DNA of 62,163 bases, counting the filler. It is 9 parts of 9 records of this genome, joined end to end, with 100 filler letters (N's around TTAATTAATTAA, not from the genome) between each part and the next. Parts side by side here need not be neighbours in the genome. Positions count along the whole stretch, not along the records: positions 30,210 to 46,926 come from SRR7504441_979; positions 47,027 to 51,164 come from SRR7504441_980; positions 51,265 to 57,662 come from SRR7504441_981; positions 57,763 to 62,163 come from SRR7504441_992; 5 more parts are not named here. The stretch is one strand, 5' to 3'. The position numbers and the translations under genes are program-made. The notes under the pieces are model-generated. The model worked only from the letters and a program-made list of their open reading frames with translations, was not told the origin of the DNA and made no database searches. Below, piece by piece: positions 46,774 to 57,905 of this stretch; position 1 is the stretch's first letter, and each line of letters opens with the position of its first letter.

Positions 46774-47640
46774 TGAATTGAGCTCTAATTCTGGTCAAAA
46801 TTAAATGTGGAGCTGAGCACTCGCGCTCTGCCGGTGCTCTGTCAACTACTGTAATTACTTCTCGCTTTAAATACATTCGACGTCTTTTCTTCAGCCGCCT
46901 GGTAGGCGTCGCTTGCGGTAGTAGCTNNNNNNNNNNNNNNNNNNNNNNNNNNNNNNNNNNNNNNNNNNNNTTAATTAATTAANNNNNNNNNNNNNNNNNN
47001 NNNNNNNNNNNNNNNNNNNNNNNNNNCCGCCATCCTAAGCCCCATCCCAACCGCACACTCGCCCGGGCTGCCATCCGCGAGCCCGGATCCGAGGCACAGG
47101 CCGGCGGCAGGCGCCGGGGCGGCCGGGGGCGGGGGGCGGCCGGGGGCGGGGGCGGGGGCGGGGCAGTACCGCCGGCCTTCTTGCCGAAGAGATCTTTGAA
47201 AGCGCCGAGCATTATTTACTGCGCCCCCGCGGTCAAGCCTGCGCGGTTGCCCAGGGCCGGGCGGGCGGGGGAGGCGGGGCAGAAGCACACCTGACGTATG
47301 CGCACCCTGCTGTTGGTGGAAGGGCAAACTCTCAGACAAACGCTCGGTCCAGATCAACGGCAAGACAGCAATCCTCAGGTCTCTGTCTGGCCTCCGTCGA
47401 GTCGTGAATTCATGGTACGGTCAGCTCGTCAGCTGACGGTTGTACGGGGTAAATAGGTCGTAGAAATACATGTACAGTAGCCACGATTACGTTTTAGTAT
47501 TGCACACGGGGTTGAATGGAGTCGACTCTACAACGGCCCAAGATAGCATCAACCCGCCGGCGTCGACGAGTACCGCAACACCACGACACCGCGAATATTG
47601 GTCACAACTCAGTTGTACATGTAAGTACTGAAGGCCGGGT

Positions 47641-50600
47641 TCAATAGTTTGCGTCCGGCGGGCTTCGTGAAGTCAACTGTAGCGTCCGGCTGTCGTGCAG
47701 CCACCTGCCGGCTCGGTCGGCGGTTTATTAGCGGTTGGGCACCCTCGGGTCGTCCATAGCCGGTTGAGCTCGGCCAGCCGCTGCTGCGAGAGCACGATCC
47801 GCTTGCCCCGGCGGAGGTACGGGTCCTCCTCCCCGTGCTGGTCCAGGTAGAGCGACCCCCAGTTGCAGTGCCGGCGGGGCGGCCCAGTGTGCAGCATGAG
47901 CACGGTGCACACTCGGAGTAGCACGAACAGCCCGATCCCGCCCGCCTGCTCCGCGTGCGCCCAGCACCAGCCCTGGCCAGCCGGGCACGAGCCGCAGCAC
48001 AGCACCAGCCCTGGCCGGTGTCAGACTGGCCGTGCGGCTGGGCACCGGTGAGCAGGCAGAGGGCGGGCTCCTCGGGCACTTGGCCGCACTGGGCGCATAC
48101 CTGCCCCCGGCTTGCCACCCAGTCGCCCTGCTAAGACCTGCTGGTTGTACTGGACAAACAATTCAGTGAACTCGTACGGCAGCTCGATCAGCCCACCCTT
48201 GTCGCTCGCCAATCCGCCCGGGCTCGCCTCGGCCGGCCAGCGCCAGCCGTCCGGGCGCAGGCAGCTGGCCAAGTCAGTCCCCAGCAGCTGCCCCGAGCTC
48301 AGCCGCGCCCCGGGCTAGGGCACCTGCAGCAGCCGGCCGGCCTGCGCATCAGGCTGCTCGTCCGCCTCCAGGTTCACACTCGACTCGCCCAGCGCCGCAA
48401 GCACCAGCGCGCAGCTCCGTACGAACGGAAGCACCCGGCCGGCCAGCAGCTGGTCCCATTGCTCGTCCGGTGCGCAATCCGACCCCTCGAGCCCGGCGCT
48501 GGCCAGCTGCTCGCACAGCTCTCCGGGCGGCCCGACACCGCCCACCCAGAGCTCGAGAGCCGACCTGAGCACCAGCGGGCAGGCCAGGTAGCGCGCGCAG
48601 TGCCTGAAGCCCTCCAGCCCGCTCGCCGTCTCCCGCCAGAGCCCGATCGCCAGATGGACACAGTCGGCGGTCGCCCACTCGCCCTGGCGGATCCGGTCGA
48701 GCGCGTCGCCCCCCGACGGGGCCCGGAGCAGCATCCCGGCCAGTCCGGCGAGCGTTTGGTCGCTCACTGGGCCGGACTGGAGCAGGTTGGCCGCCTGGGC
48801 CGGCAGCCGGCAGAGCCAGTCTGTCGGAGCTTCGGGAGGCCGGAGCGGCTGCCAGCTGTCGTACGAACGCTCCTCCTCCTCTGACATCCAAGAGCTCTGC
48901 CGGGAGACGGCAGGCGAGCTAGTGTTGGCAGACATCCAAGAGCTCTGGCGGGAGACGCAAGGCGAGCTAGTGTTGGGCTCCGACTGGCCAGGCTGGAGCT
49001 TGGCCTTCCAGCTGGCATAGTCCGAGGGCGGGTCGGGCGGGCGCGGCGGGCAGACGGGAAGCACCAAGTTGCACAGCCGCGAGCAGAGCGGGCAGAGCAT
49101 CTGACGGCTATCCGGAGCAGCCACCCGCTGCCCGTGGAATGGTTGCTGGTTGGCCTGCTGGGCCCGCAGGCTGGTCAGCCGCGACTCGAAGCATGCGATG
49201 TGCATAGGATGCCCGCAGGCCGCCAGGTGTGTCAGCCTGCCGGTCTTGTCCAGCTCGACCAGCCCGCACCAGCCCCAGCCCTTCTCGCACGGCTCCATGA
49301 AGTGCGCTCTCCCGCAAGCCTCCTGGCACACAGTGCAGCACGGGCGCTCCTCCTCCTCTGACATCCAGGAGCTCTGCCGCGAGACGGCCGGCGAGCTGGT
49401 GTTGGCTGCAAACTGCTCGCGCTGCTTGTTCATCTTGGCCAGCACCGCCTGCTTCCGCTGCTCGGCGCTCATCCGCTTCTTCTTGGCCGGGCTCCGCTTG
49501 GGCTCCATCGGCGGACTTGCAGGCGCCTGGATCGCCTCGGGGCACAGCTTGCCAAACTGAGCGAGCAGCTTGCCCACAGTCGCCCGGTGCTCGCTCGACT
49601 GCTCGTGCGCCTCCAGCTGCTGGAGCAGCGCTATCAGCGACACCCCGCCGAGCGCAGTGCTCGGACCGTTCAGCCTAAGCCAGCGCGAGTGGTACCGATC
49701 GGCCCGACCCAGCTGCTGGCAGCACGCCACTGCCAGCTCTGTCCCCGGGGCCACCGTCAGCTCGATCAGCCCGTAGCCTTGCCCAAACCAGCCGTGCCGC
49801 AGCTCGCGCCTGCCCCCGCTCAGACCAGGCTGCGCTGCCCACTAGCACCATCCGGGCTCGCCCTGGCTCCTGGCCACAAACAGCCTGCAGTCGGCCTCCT
49901 CGCACGCCACCGACAGCCGTGCTGGGGTGCTGGGGCCCTCTCCGACCACTCGGAGCACCGCACTGCACAGCCCGGCCGGCGGGTCCGAAGGCGGCTCCAC
50001 CAGCACCAGCCGGAGCGACTGGGCCGCCCGCACCAGCTCGGCCAAGTCCTCCTCGTCGCTAGAGGAGCCATCTGGTGTAGAGTCTAGTGTTGGGTTGAGC
50101 GCCTGATGCAGCTCTAGCGTGCAGCTCGGGCCGGGGCCGGCGCTCAGTGCGCTAACCAGCTGCCAGTCCGCCCCCCCAGCTGGGTCAGCCTCGAGCTCGG
50201 CCTGGGCGGCAAGCGCTAGCAGTGCAAGCGAGCCGGCCAGCGAGCTGTGCCCGGCCCACGGCTTTTGGCCGAGCCAGCCTGCGATGGTCCTGTGAATCAG
50301 CTGTTGGGTCCGGCTGTTCAGCAGCAGGTTCTGGGCCGCGAGCGCCATCCCAGGCCAGAGCGAGTGCAGTCGGAGCAAAGGCCGGTCAGCTGGCAGCGAG
50401 CTCTCGGCCTGCTGCTTGTCTGCCTGCGAGAAGTGCGAGAAGAACGGGTCCACCAGCCCCAGCAGCTCCGGTTTTAGAGAAAACCTCTCAGGCTGGCCCG
50501 GCTCCGTCGGCAGCCTTACAGCCACCTGCTCTAGCACCTCGTCTAGCCGCGCCTGCCCCCCACTCAGCCCCGGCCGGGCCTGCGCGCACGTCCGAGCATA

Positions 50601-51164
50601 TCCGGTCGCAGATCTGCTCGCTGATCGAGGAGTGCGTCTTGGGCCCGTGGGCCAGCCACTGGCTCACCTCGTGCCGGCACCGCTCGTGGTCAGTCATCCC
50701 CGAATGCGCCCTGTCGGCAGCCAGCTGCACCAGGCAGCAAGTCAGCTGCCCGAGCAACTCCTGCACATCCTCCGGCTCCTCGCCGGCCCAGGCCAGTCCG
50801 GCCAGCCCGAACCGGTCCACCAGCAGCTCGACCAGCCCCTCCCCATGCCAAGCCGCTGAGATCGCCTGGAGCATGAAGCAGTCCAGGTCGAGCCCAGTGT
50901 CGTGCCAGAACCTATTCCGGTGGTAGATGGCCATCCGGGGCATCATCAGCCCGTTCCGGCGCCACAGCCCGGCCTGCACCTGCCCGAACATGCCCGCCGC
51001 CTGCACCAGGTGTTCAGCCAGCCCTGGCAGCACCCTCTCAGCCAGCAGCCCGCCCACTGGCTCGCCGCGAGCCACCAGAGGCTTGAGCAGCAGCCCGGCC
51101 AGCCGGTGCAGCGGCAGGTGCCCGCTCACCGCCGGCCCGACCGCCAGAAAGGCCCAGTCGCAGG
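47641..51164 (-). CDS. N-degron E3 ubiquitin ligase, UBR1/PRT6 family, 5'-truncated, multi-intron
   Basis: QVQAGLWRRNG, LAHGPKTHSSI, CTVCQE...CGHPMHIACF...CPLCSRLCN (RING), LIELP, PALCLLTG, YLDQHGEED..LRRG. Confidence 0.9.
48868..49406 (-). repeat. Three coding copies of an NTSSP.VSRQSSWMS(EEEER) repeat (48868-48929, 48931-48976, 49345-49406)
   Basis: Near-identical nucleotide copies flanking the RING domain. Confidence 0.9.
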
Positions 51165-51481
51165 NNNNNNNNNNNNNNNNNNNNNNNNNNNNNNNNNNNN
51201 NNNNNNNNTTAATTAATTAANNNNNNNNNNNNNNNNNNNNNNNNNNNNNNNNNNNNNNNNNNNNTTGCGACGAATCCCGAGCTGAGGCTATATCGCCCTC
51301 TTATGTTCCTGACGTCCTCTGTTGTGAATGTTGGTGCAAAGTCATGTGTTACTGGGGTTGTTTTGATTAATTATAAACCGGTAGGATCATATGATTATAA
51401 AACTCACTCACTCACTCACTAAGTCTTACAGTGTACATGTACTCGTACTCACCCAAAAAAGGATTAATAATAGTAAATTAA

Positions 51482-53266
51482 TTAATAGCGCGTCAACGGG
51501 TCATCGGGATTGTACCATCGTGCTTGCAATATTAGCTCGAGTTCGGGGCGAGCATCGGCCACCTCACTGCGCAGCGCCTCCATTTGGTTGCTGTCCAGCG
51601 TGTTCATGTCCAGATTCAGCGTGCGCAGCCGCTCGGGCAGCTTCTCCAGCACTGCTCGGGCTCCCGCGTTAGTGAGGTGGTTCCGTTGCAGGTCAAGCTC
51701 CAGTAGACTACTGCCTTCGAGCTCCAATTGGGCCGCAGTGAGATCGGTCAGCCCAGTGCCGGCCAAGTGCAGCTGGCACAGGTTGGGGTTGGCCAGCAGC
51801 AGGTTGATGCTTTCGGCTGCCTGCCACAGGGCAGGGTTGTGAGAAAGGTCGAGCGATTGCACCGCTGAGGCCTGGGCCAGCCCCGCGACCTGCCAGGGCT
51901 CCAATCCGAGAGAGGCCAGCCTGAGCCGCTCGAGCTGGCCCATCCCTTTGCACAGCTCCGGCCATGGCTCGAGCAAATCCAGTTCGCACAACTCAAGCGA
52001 GCGCAGCCGGCCCAGCCGGAGCAGCCCGGCCAGCCCCAGCTGCGGGCAGCGGACCCCGGAGAGCTCCAGCCGCTCCAGCCCGTGCCATCCGGCATCCGGC
52101 ATCCGCTCCAGCCGCACGCTTGTAAGGCTCAGCTCGGCCAGCTTGGAGCCTACCGCCTCGAGCCTAGTGACCGCCGCATCGCTCAGCTCGCAGTACGAAA
52201 GACTCAGCGCGGCCGGCAGCTGAGAGAGCGCGCATACAAACCGGTCGGCCTGCCCGTCGACGCTCGCCTTGCGGATCTTGCACGCTGGATCGGCCAGCCG
52301 CTCGGCGAGGTAGCAGGCGGCTCGCACAGCGGTCTGCCCGTCGCAGTCGTCGTCGACCTCGAGATGCTCCAGGCTACGGAAACGGTCGAGCACCTGCTCG
52401 AGCGGCCGCTCGAGTTGGAGGAGGCTGCTCAGCTTGGGGTGGCTGTTGAGCACTTCGTGTGTGTCGTCCAGCAGCGCGAGAAACTGCTCCGTGTGCTCAT
52501 GGCTGGTTTGCCCAAAGCTGGAGAGGGAGAGCAGCCGGCTGTTCACCTCGGCCTGGATGCAAACCTGCCGCCAGCACTCTGCCTGCGGCTGCTGGTCCAG
52601 CCCGCGGGCCGCGCAGTGCTCCCGCCAGGTGAGCTGCGAGTCATACTGCTGGCCGAGCTTGCTAGTCCGGCACTCAAGCCGGCACTGGACCTGCGGGCTG
52701 AGCCCGGCGCACAGCTGCTCGACCAGCCGAGCCCCGATCGAGCTCACCCCGCCCGCCAGCTGGTCGATGTGGTCGGCCAGGCAGCGGCAGCCCGCCCGGA
52801 GCAGCCCGGCCTGACCAAAGTAGTTGGCGCACGGGAGCAGCTCAAGCCAGCACTCCGGCCGGGGCAGCACGCACGGCAGGCTGGCCACTGGCCCGTCGCA
52901 GGCCACGCACCTGCCCGGCCGGCAGAGCGCCTGGTGCTCCTCCAGCATGAACCCGACACACTGCTCGACCAGCTCCGACCCGAAGCACACCGCCGCCGCC
53001 AACTGCACCCCCGGGCCCGGCTCCCCCTCCTCCTCCTCCTCGTGCACCGCCAGCAGCCGCGGGAGCAGGTCGCAGTGCCCAGCGCACGCCATAGGCAGCA
53101 GCACGCTCCGGCCGTCGGCGCAGTCCAGCTGGAGCACCTGCAGCGCCTCGCGCACCAGCGCGGCCGGCGAGAGGGTCGGGCAGGATGGCGCAGGCGCCAG
53201 CACCACAACGTCCTCTCCCGCCGTCTGCGCTGGTCGCCGGCCCCTTCTGCGCCACGGCTTGGCCAT
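51482..53266 (-). CDS. Skp1/BTB-like N-terminal domain + RI-type leucine-rich repeats
   Basis: LQLDCADGRSV, ELLPCANYFGQAGLL..GC..LA..I; LDLSHN, LHLAGTGL, LDLQRNHL, LNLDMN. Confidence 0.75.
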   Translation of the reverse strand: MAKPWRRRGRRPAQTAGEDVVVLAPAPSCPTLSPAALVREALQVLQLDCADGRSVLLPMACAGHCDLLPRLLAVHEEEEEGEPGPGVQLAAAVCFGSELVEQCVGFMLEEHQALCRPGRCVACDGPVASLPCVLPRPECWLELLPCANYFGQAGLLRAGCRCLADHIDQLAGGVSSIGARLVEQLCAGLSPQVQCRLECRTSKLGQQYDSQLTWREHCAARGLDQQPQAECWRQVCIQAEVNSRLLSLSSFGQTSHEHTEQFLALLDDTHEVLNSHPKLSSLLQLERPLEQVLDRFRSLEHLEVDDDCDGQTAVRAACYLAERLADPACKIRKASVDGQADRFVCALSQLPAALSLSYCELSDAAVTRLEAVGSKLAELSLTSVRLERMPDAGWHGLERLELSGVRCPQLGLAGLLRLGRLRSLELCELDLLEPWPELCKGMGQLERLRLASLGLEPWQVAGLAQASAVQSLDLSHNPALWQAAESINLLLANPNLCQLHLAGTGLTDLTAAQLELEGSSLLELDLQRNHLTNAGARAVLEKLPERLRTLNLDMNTLDSNQMEALRSEVADARPELELILQARWYNPDDPLTRY

Positions 53267-55089
53267 ACGCACTGCAGGCGCACTGGGAGCACCAGGAGGC
53301 TTCACAGCGCTGCCGCGGCCGTTGTAAATCTGCGGGTGCGTGCAGGAGGGTGGCGGACCTGGACACCAGCAGCCAGCGGCCTTCGCGCCGGGCGCTGGAC
53401 CCCAGCCCCCGGCGGGCGCGCAAGCCGCCAGCCGCCGATGCGGTGGGCGGTGGGCGGCGTAGCTGGCTGGAAAAGATCTTCGAGCTGCTGGACGAGGACG
53501 GGGACGGCAAGCTGAGCCGGGCGGAGCTGGAGCAGCTCGGCCGGATGGAGCGCTCGTTCTTCTGGCGGGTGTTCTACGAGCAGCTGCTGCTCGGTGCGGT
53601 CCAGTTCGACCGGGCTGGCCAGGTGGGCAGGGAGCAGTTCCTGGAGCACCTGGACGCCGCGCTGCCCCACCAACAGCACAGCTTCGAGCGGGCGGCCCAG
53701 GAGCTGATCGAAGCAGTCAACCCGCGCAGCCGGACCCCGGAGCGCCGCCGTACCCGTTCCAAGTCCAAGCCAGCCAGCCCGCGCCGACCCCGGGCCGAGA
53801 AGGCCAGCGCGCCGCCCGAGGACGGCTCGGTGCATGGGGCGCTGTCGAGGGTCTCCGGTGTGGCGCCGAGGCCGGAGAGCGAACAGCAGAGCGTGGAGGA
53901 GACGAGCAAGCTCAGGGGGCAGATGGAACAGATGGAGAGGGTGCACGCGCGGGAGAAGGTTGAGTTTGAGACAGAGCAGGCGCTGGCCCGACGCAGGCTG
54001 CTCGAGGCCGAAGAGGCGGCCGATGAGCTCAAGGATCAGCTGGATCAGCTCAGAGCCAGTAGCCTCACAATCAAAGCAAGCAATGAGCTGGAAGCCCAAG
54101 CTTCAACTCGGCAAGACGAGGTACTGGCGCTAAGCGAGCAGATCGGCAGTCTGTGGCACGAGCGGGAGCAGGCGGCGGCTCAGCTAGAATCGGCCCAGAA
54201 GCAGTGGGCGGCCGAGCGCTGCAGGTTGGAGTCGGATCAGCACCAACAGCTGGGCGAGCACAGGAGCCGATGGACCGAACAGGCAAACGCTCTGCAGCGC
54301 GAGAAGGACATAGCGACCGGCCAGCTGGTGCAAGCGGAGGCCGAGCTGGCCAGGAGCGAGTCTCAGCTCCGTCAGCTGAAGCTCGAGCTGCAAGAGATGA
54401 CCGACGGCATCAGACATCGCGAGCGCGCGTGGCAAGCTGAAAGGGCGCGGCTGCAGGAGAGCAAGCAGGAGCTCGAGTCGGCGTGCTGCAACTTAATGCT
54501 CAGGCTGACAGAGACACAGGCCGAAGCGTCCAAGGCTAAAGCTGATAAGGAAGCTGCCCAGAGCAGTCTGGAGGAACTTGAGGTAAGCTCTCAAGTCAGC
54601 TCGCAGCACAAGCTCAATTCGATGCTCAAGAAGATGGCCGAACAGAAGCGAGCCCACCAAACAGAGCTCCAAGCCCAGGCCTCGGAGCAGAGCGCTGCTC
54701 AACTGGAGCTGGAGCTGGAGCTGGCCAACTTGAGACAGGCAAACGCGGCTGCGGAGGGCACTGTGCGCCGATTGCAGCAGGAGCAAGCGCAGGTCAGCCG
54801 TCTGGCAGGGGAGAACAAACAGTTGAAGGAAAGCCATTCCCAACTGGAAGCCCGGTACCGGGTGGTAGTAAAAGCGTTGGAAGAGATGGAGAGCCAAGTC
54901 ACAACGCTGCGGACAGAAGTTGTCAGTGCTGCTGCAAATACAATCCACAGACGCAACAGAGCGGCACAAGCCGACTGGTATGTCTCTGCTGATAACCCTC
55001 AGGAATCAAACTTAGCTCTAAGCATTGAGCGAGCTCAAGATGCTGCAGATAAGCTCTGCCGATTTCAATGGCAAGATGATGTGCAATAG
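53185..55089 (+). CDS. EF-hand + long coiled-coil protein; start codon uncertain
   Basis: IFELLDEDGDGKLSRAEL (canonical EF loop), second degenerate loop, heptad-rich remainder. Confidence 0.75.
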   Translation: MAQAPAPQRPLPPSALVAGPFCATAWPYALQAHWEHQEASQRCRGRCKSAGACRRVADLDTSSQRPSRRALDPSPRRARKPPAADAVGGGRRSWLEKIFELLDEDGDGKLSRAELEQLGRMERSFFWRVFYEQLLLGAVQFDRAGQVGREQFLEHLDAALPHQQHSFERAAQELIEAVNPRSRTPERRRTRSKSKPASPRRPRAEKASAPPEDGSVHGALSRVSGVAPRPESEQQSVEETSKLRGQMEQMERVHAREKVEFETEQALARRRLLEAEEAADELKDQLDQLRASSLTIKASNELEAQASTRQDEVLALSEQIGSLWHEREQAAAQLESAQKQWAAERCRLESDQHQQLGEHRSRWTEQANALQREKDIATGQLVQAEAELARSESQLRQLKLELQEMTDGIRHRERAWQAERARLQESKQELESACCNLMLRLTETQAEASKAKADKEAAQSSLEELEVSSQVSSQHKLNSMLKKMAEQKRAHQTELQAQASEQSAAQLELELELANLRQANAAAEGTVRRLQQEQAQVSRLAGENKQLKESHSQLEARYRVVVKALEEMESQVTTLRTEVVSAAANTIHRRNRAAQADWYVSADNPQESNLALSIERAQDAADKLCRFQWQDDVQ

Positions 55090-55350
55090 ACGCGCTGACG
55101 TCAATAGTGAAAACTTGTAGAAAACTAGCGTGCTCGGCTTACTAGTGAATGTCAGCGGTAGTTAGTCTCCATTAAGTCTCCTTCTCTGTACGTTCTCGGC
55201 GTTCTCTACCGGTCTTGCGTAGGTCCTGCGCTATCTTGCCGGCGGCTCGGTTGGGTCAGTAGTACAGTAGTGTACTGATGAGCCGTTACTTGGTACTTTA
55301 ATACTGGTCAACAACCCTTGGCACCAAGAACGGTCAGCGGCACGGAGAGG

Positions 55351-56445
55351 ATGCGGAGGGCAGTCCAGCGCTTCTTCCATTCCGATCGGCGGCTCGGAGG
55401 GCCCATCCGGCTCCCGCCAGGGCTGCCTGCCGGCGAGGCGGTGCGTATCGGCTGTGCGCTGGCTGACTGCCGGCAGCTGGTGCAGGAGGGCATCCCCCGG
55501 CTGGCTGACAGTGCGGCCGGCTCAGCCTTGCGGGTGGCTGTGCTCAATCTGATGCCGCTCAAGGAGCAGACCGAGCTGCAGCTGGCCCGGATGCTCGCCC
55601 AGTCCCCGCTCCCAGGTGCCACCCCTCCGGGCTCGAGCGATCCGCTCCGGGCCAGTCGAGCTCACGCTGCTGGTGCCGGACGGAGCCAGGAACAAGAACA
55701 CCGCCCCCGAGCACATCAAACGGTTCTACTCCAAGTTTTCGGAGGTGGAGGGCGAGCGGTTCGATGGGGTGGTGGTGACCGGGGCGCCGGTGGAGCACCT
55801 GCCGTTCGAGGAGGTGCTTTACTGGGAGGAGCTTTGCCGGGTGTTTGACTGGATCGAGAGCAGCCAGGCCTGCATGTACAGCATCTGCTGGGGGGCGATG
55901 GCCAGCCTGTACCACTTCCACCGGGTGCCCAAGCACCTGACCGCCACAAAGCAGTTTGGGCTGTTTGAGCACGCGGTGACCCAAGGCCACCAGCTCACAG
56001 AGCAGGTCGGCCAAACAGTCCGGATCCCTGTATCCCGGCACACCGAGTGGCGGGCGGCCGACATGGCCCATCTGCCGGCCGGTGTGCAGGTGCTGATCCA
56101 CTCGGACCGGACTGGGCCGTGCGCGATCTGGGACCAGAACCTAAAGCATGTTCACATGATGAATCACTTTGAGTACGACCATGACACGCTCGACCAAGAG
56201 TACAAGCGTGACGTGGCCAAAGGCACCCCGACCGGTCCGGCTAGGCTATCAATCAGGCTCACTGATTGCAGGCGAGCCAATTGCAATACCCGAGAACTAT
56301 TACCCGGCCGATGACCCTGACCAAACCCCAGGTCAGTGCCGGCCCGAATGGCAGCTACTGACGGCCGGCAGGGCATGCTTGGCGGGAAGACGGCAGGGCG
56401 TTTTACTCCAACTGGCTTCAAATCGTGGCAGATAATGCAAAGTGA
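55351..56445 (+). CDS. metA: Homoserine O-acyltransferase, MetA family (likely acetyltransferase); about 4 introns
   Basis: VLNLMPLK..TE.QLAR, FDGVVVTGAPVE, YWEEL, ICWGA, SRHTE, HFEYD, EYKRD, PENYYP.DDP, FYSNWL. Confidence 0.92.
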
Positions 56446-56867
56446 GCTCGAATTTGCACCGAAGACGTCCCGATACGTACAAATTGTCATCATCGACACA
56501 ATAATCAGTGTCATGCATTATTACGAGTACCGGTCCGTACTTAATTTAATACGAGTTCGTATGTACACGTGCATTCACGGACCGGTCAGTACACTACACT
56601 ATAAGTCAGTGCATAGCTCTCCTACTAGGGTGTAAGAATTATTTAATTAAAGATGTTGATTGATGTAATTTAGAGCAGAAGCAAAAGGTAGCAAAAAGGC
56701 TTGGCGGGCACTCAGCGCTTCCGCGGCTCACGAGTACCCAGGCTGGGCAGGAACTACCCTGGAACTGATAGAAACTTGTTGATTGATGGCAGTGAGTGAT
56801 CTAAGTATGCACATCATGGTTGGTTCACTCGAATTCTCCCTGATACTCTGGGTCATAGCAGCCATCG

Positions 56868-57662
56868 TCACCGTCCACGAAAGGAAGGCAGACCGATCTC
56901 TCCCGACGGCGATTGATGATCTTCATCTCGAATTCGCTCCTGGCCCTCCGTCAGCACTTGCCCTATCAAGAGCCAGCACCTATCAAGCTCAGACTTGACG
57001 TGCCCAGCTCGGAGCAGCCTCTCCTCGCGCTCCTTAGGGTGCACCCAGCCATCTTCCATGAACTGAGCCCACACCTCAATTCAAACCTCTAACTAAACCC
57101 ACGTGTTGGCGCTCCCGTCGGTTCCCGTCGCGGCCAAGTTCAAACTCGTCGATTCCGATTCTGGACTGCCTCTCGACCTGGATCCGCTGCCTCAATCGCA
57201 GCTTACAGTACATCCGATACCTCCCACCCGATTCCGAGGGGTGATCCTTGGGCCGGTACACCACCGCCACCACCTGAACTCTCCTGAGCCAGAGCCACCA
57301 GCTGCCTACCGAGCAGAGGCTTGTACTCCCGAACCTGCACCGAGTCGAAGCTGACGCCTCTTCGGCCGCATCCATTCCTGCTCGAGCGTTCCGGTCGATT
57401 GACAACCCGATGGTTCACACTCCGCGGCGACAGCGCCTGCTGCCTACTAAGCCGGCGCGCCGCTGTGGAGCACCATAGCTGGGCTCGGCCGCGTGCGCAT
57501 GCGGTCCATGGCCGGGCTGTGCCGTTGCATCCCTTGGCGCACCGCCTTGGCGAAGTCGCTCGGAGTGCGACTGCCGCACCATCCGACCTCATCCCACACA
57601 CTGCCAGACGGCTCCGGAAGTACATCCGCAAACGGCTCTGGCTCTGGCTCTGGCTCCGGCTC
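56868..57662 (-). CDS. Hypothetical multi-intron protein, 5'-truncated
   Basis: EPEPEPEP... frame from the contig end, GT..CAG introns, terminal ORF 56868-57074. Confidence 0.4.
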
Positions 57663-57905
57663 NNNNNNNNNNNNNNNNNNNNNNNNNNNNNNNNNNNNNN
57701 NNNNNNTTAATTAATTAANNNNNNNNNNNNNNNNNNNNNNNNNNNNNNNNNNNNNNNNNNNNTTTTGTAAGATGTGTTTTGTAAGATGTGCAGACTATCC
57801 TCCAACCGTCCGTTGTGCGACGAGATCAGTGTCGACGCGGCGCAGGCTGCAGACTGTGTCGGCGGCTACACGGTTTGAGGAGACGGCTGGGAGGCCTGAG
57901 GCGGG

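Noticed and set aside
52082-53515. Long antisense or shadow ORFs (also 13-849, 31237-32157, 42152-43423)
   Set aside because: Expected opposite GC-rich coding sequence; no motifs
933-56445. Broken ORFs as pseudogenes, programmed frameshifts or stop-codon reassignment
   Set aside because: In the conserved genes I spliced by hand (CDK, DPM1, UFC1, MetA), GT/GC-AG mini-introns resolve the breaks, and the stops fall inside introns
4466-57762. Eight TTAATTAATTAA copies flanked by Ns as a repeat, CRISPR or telomeric system
   Set aside because: Identical artificial concatenation linkers; gene clusters spanning them are not real
57763-57790. TTTTGTAAGATGTG x2 at a contig start; also the GATACAATCATGTA repeat near 17680/17755
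   Set aside because: Only two short copies; no array or element structure
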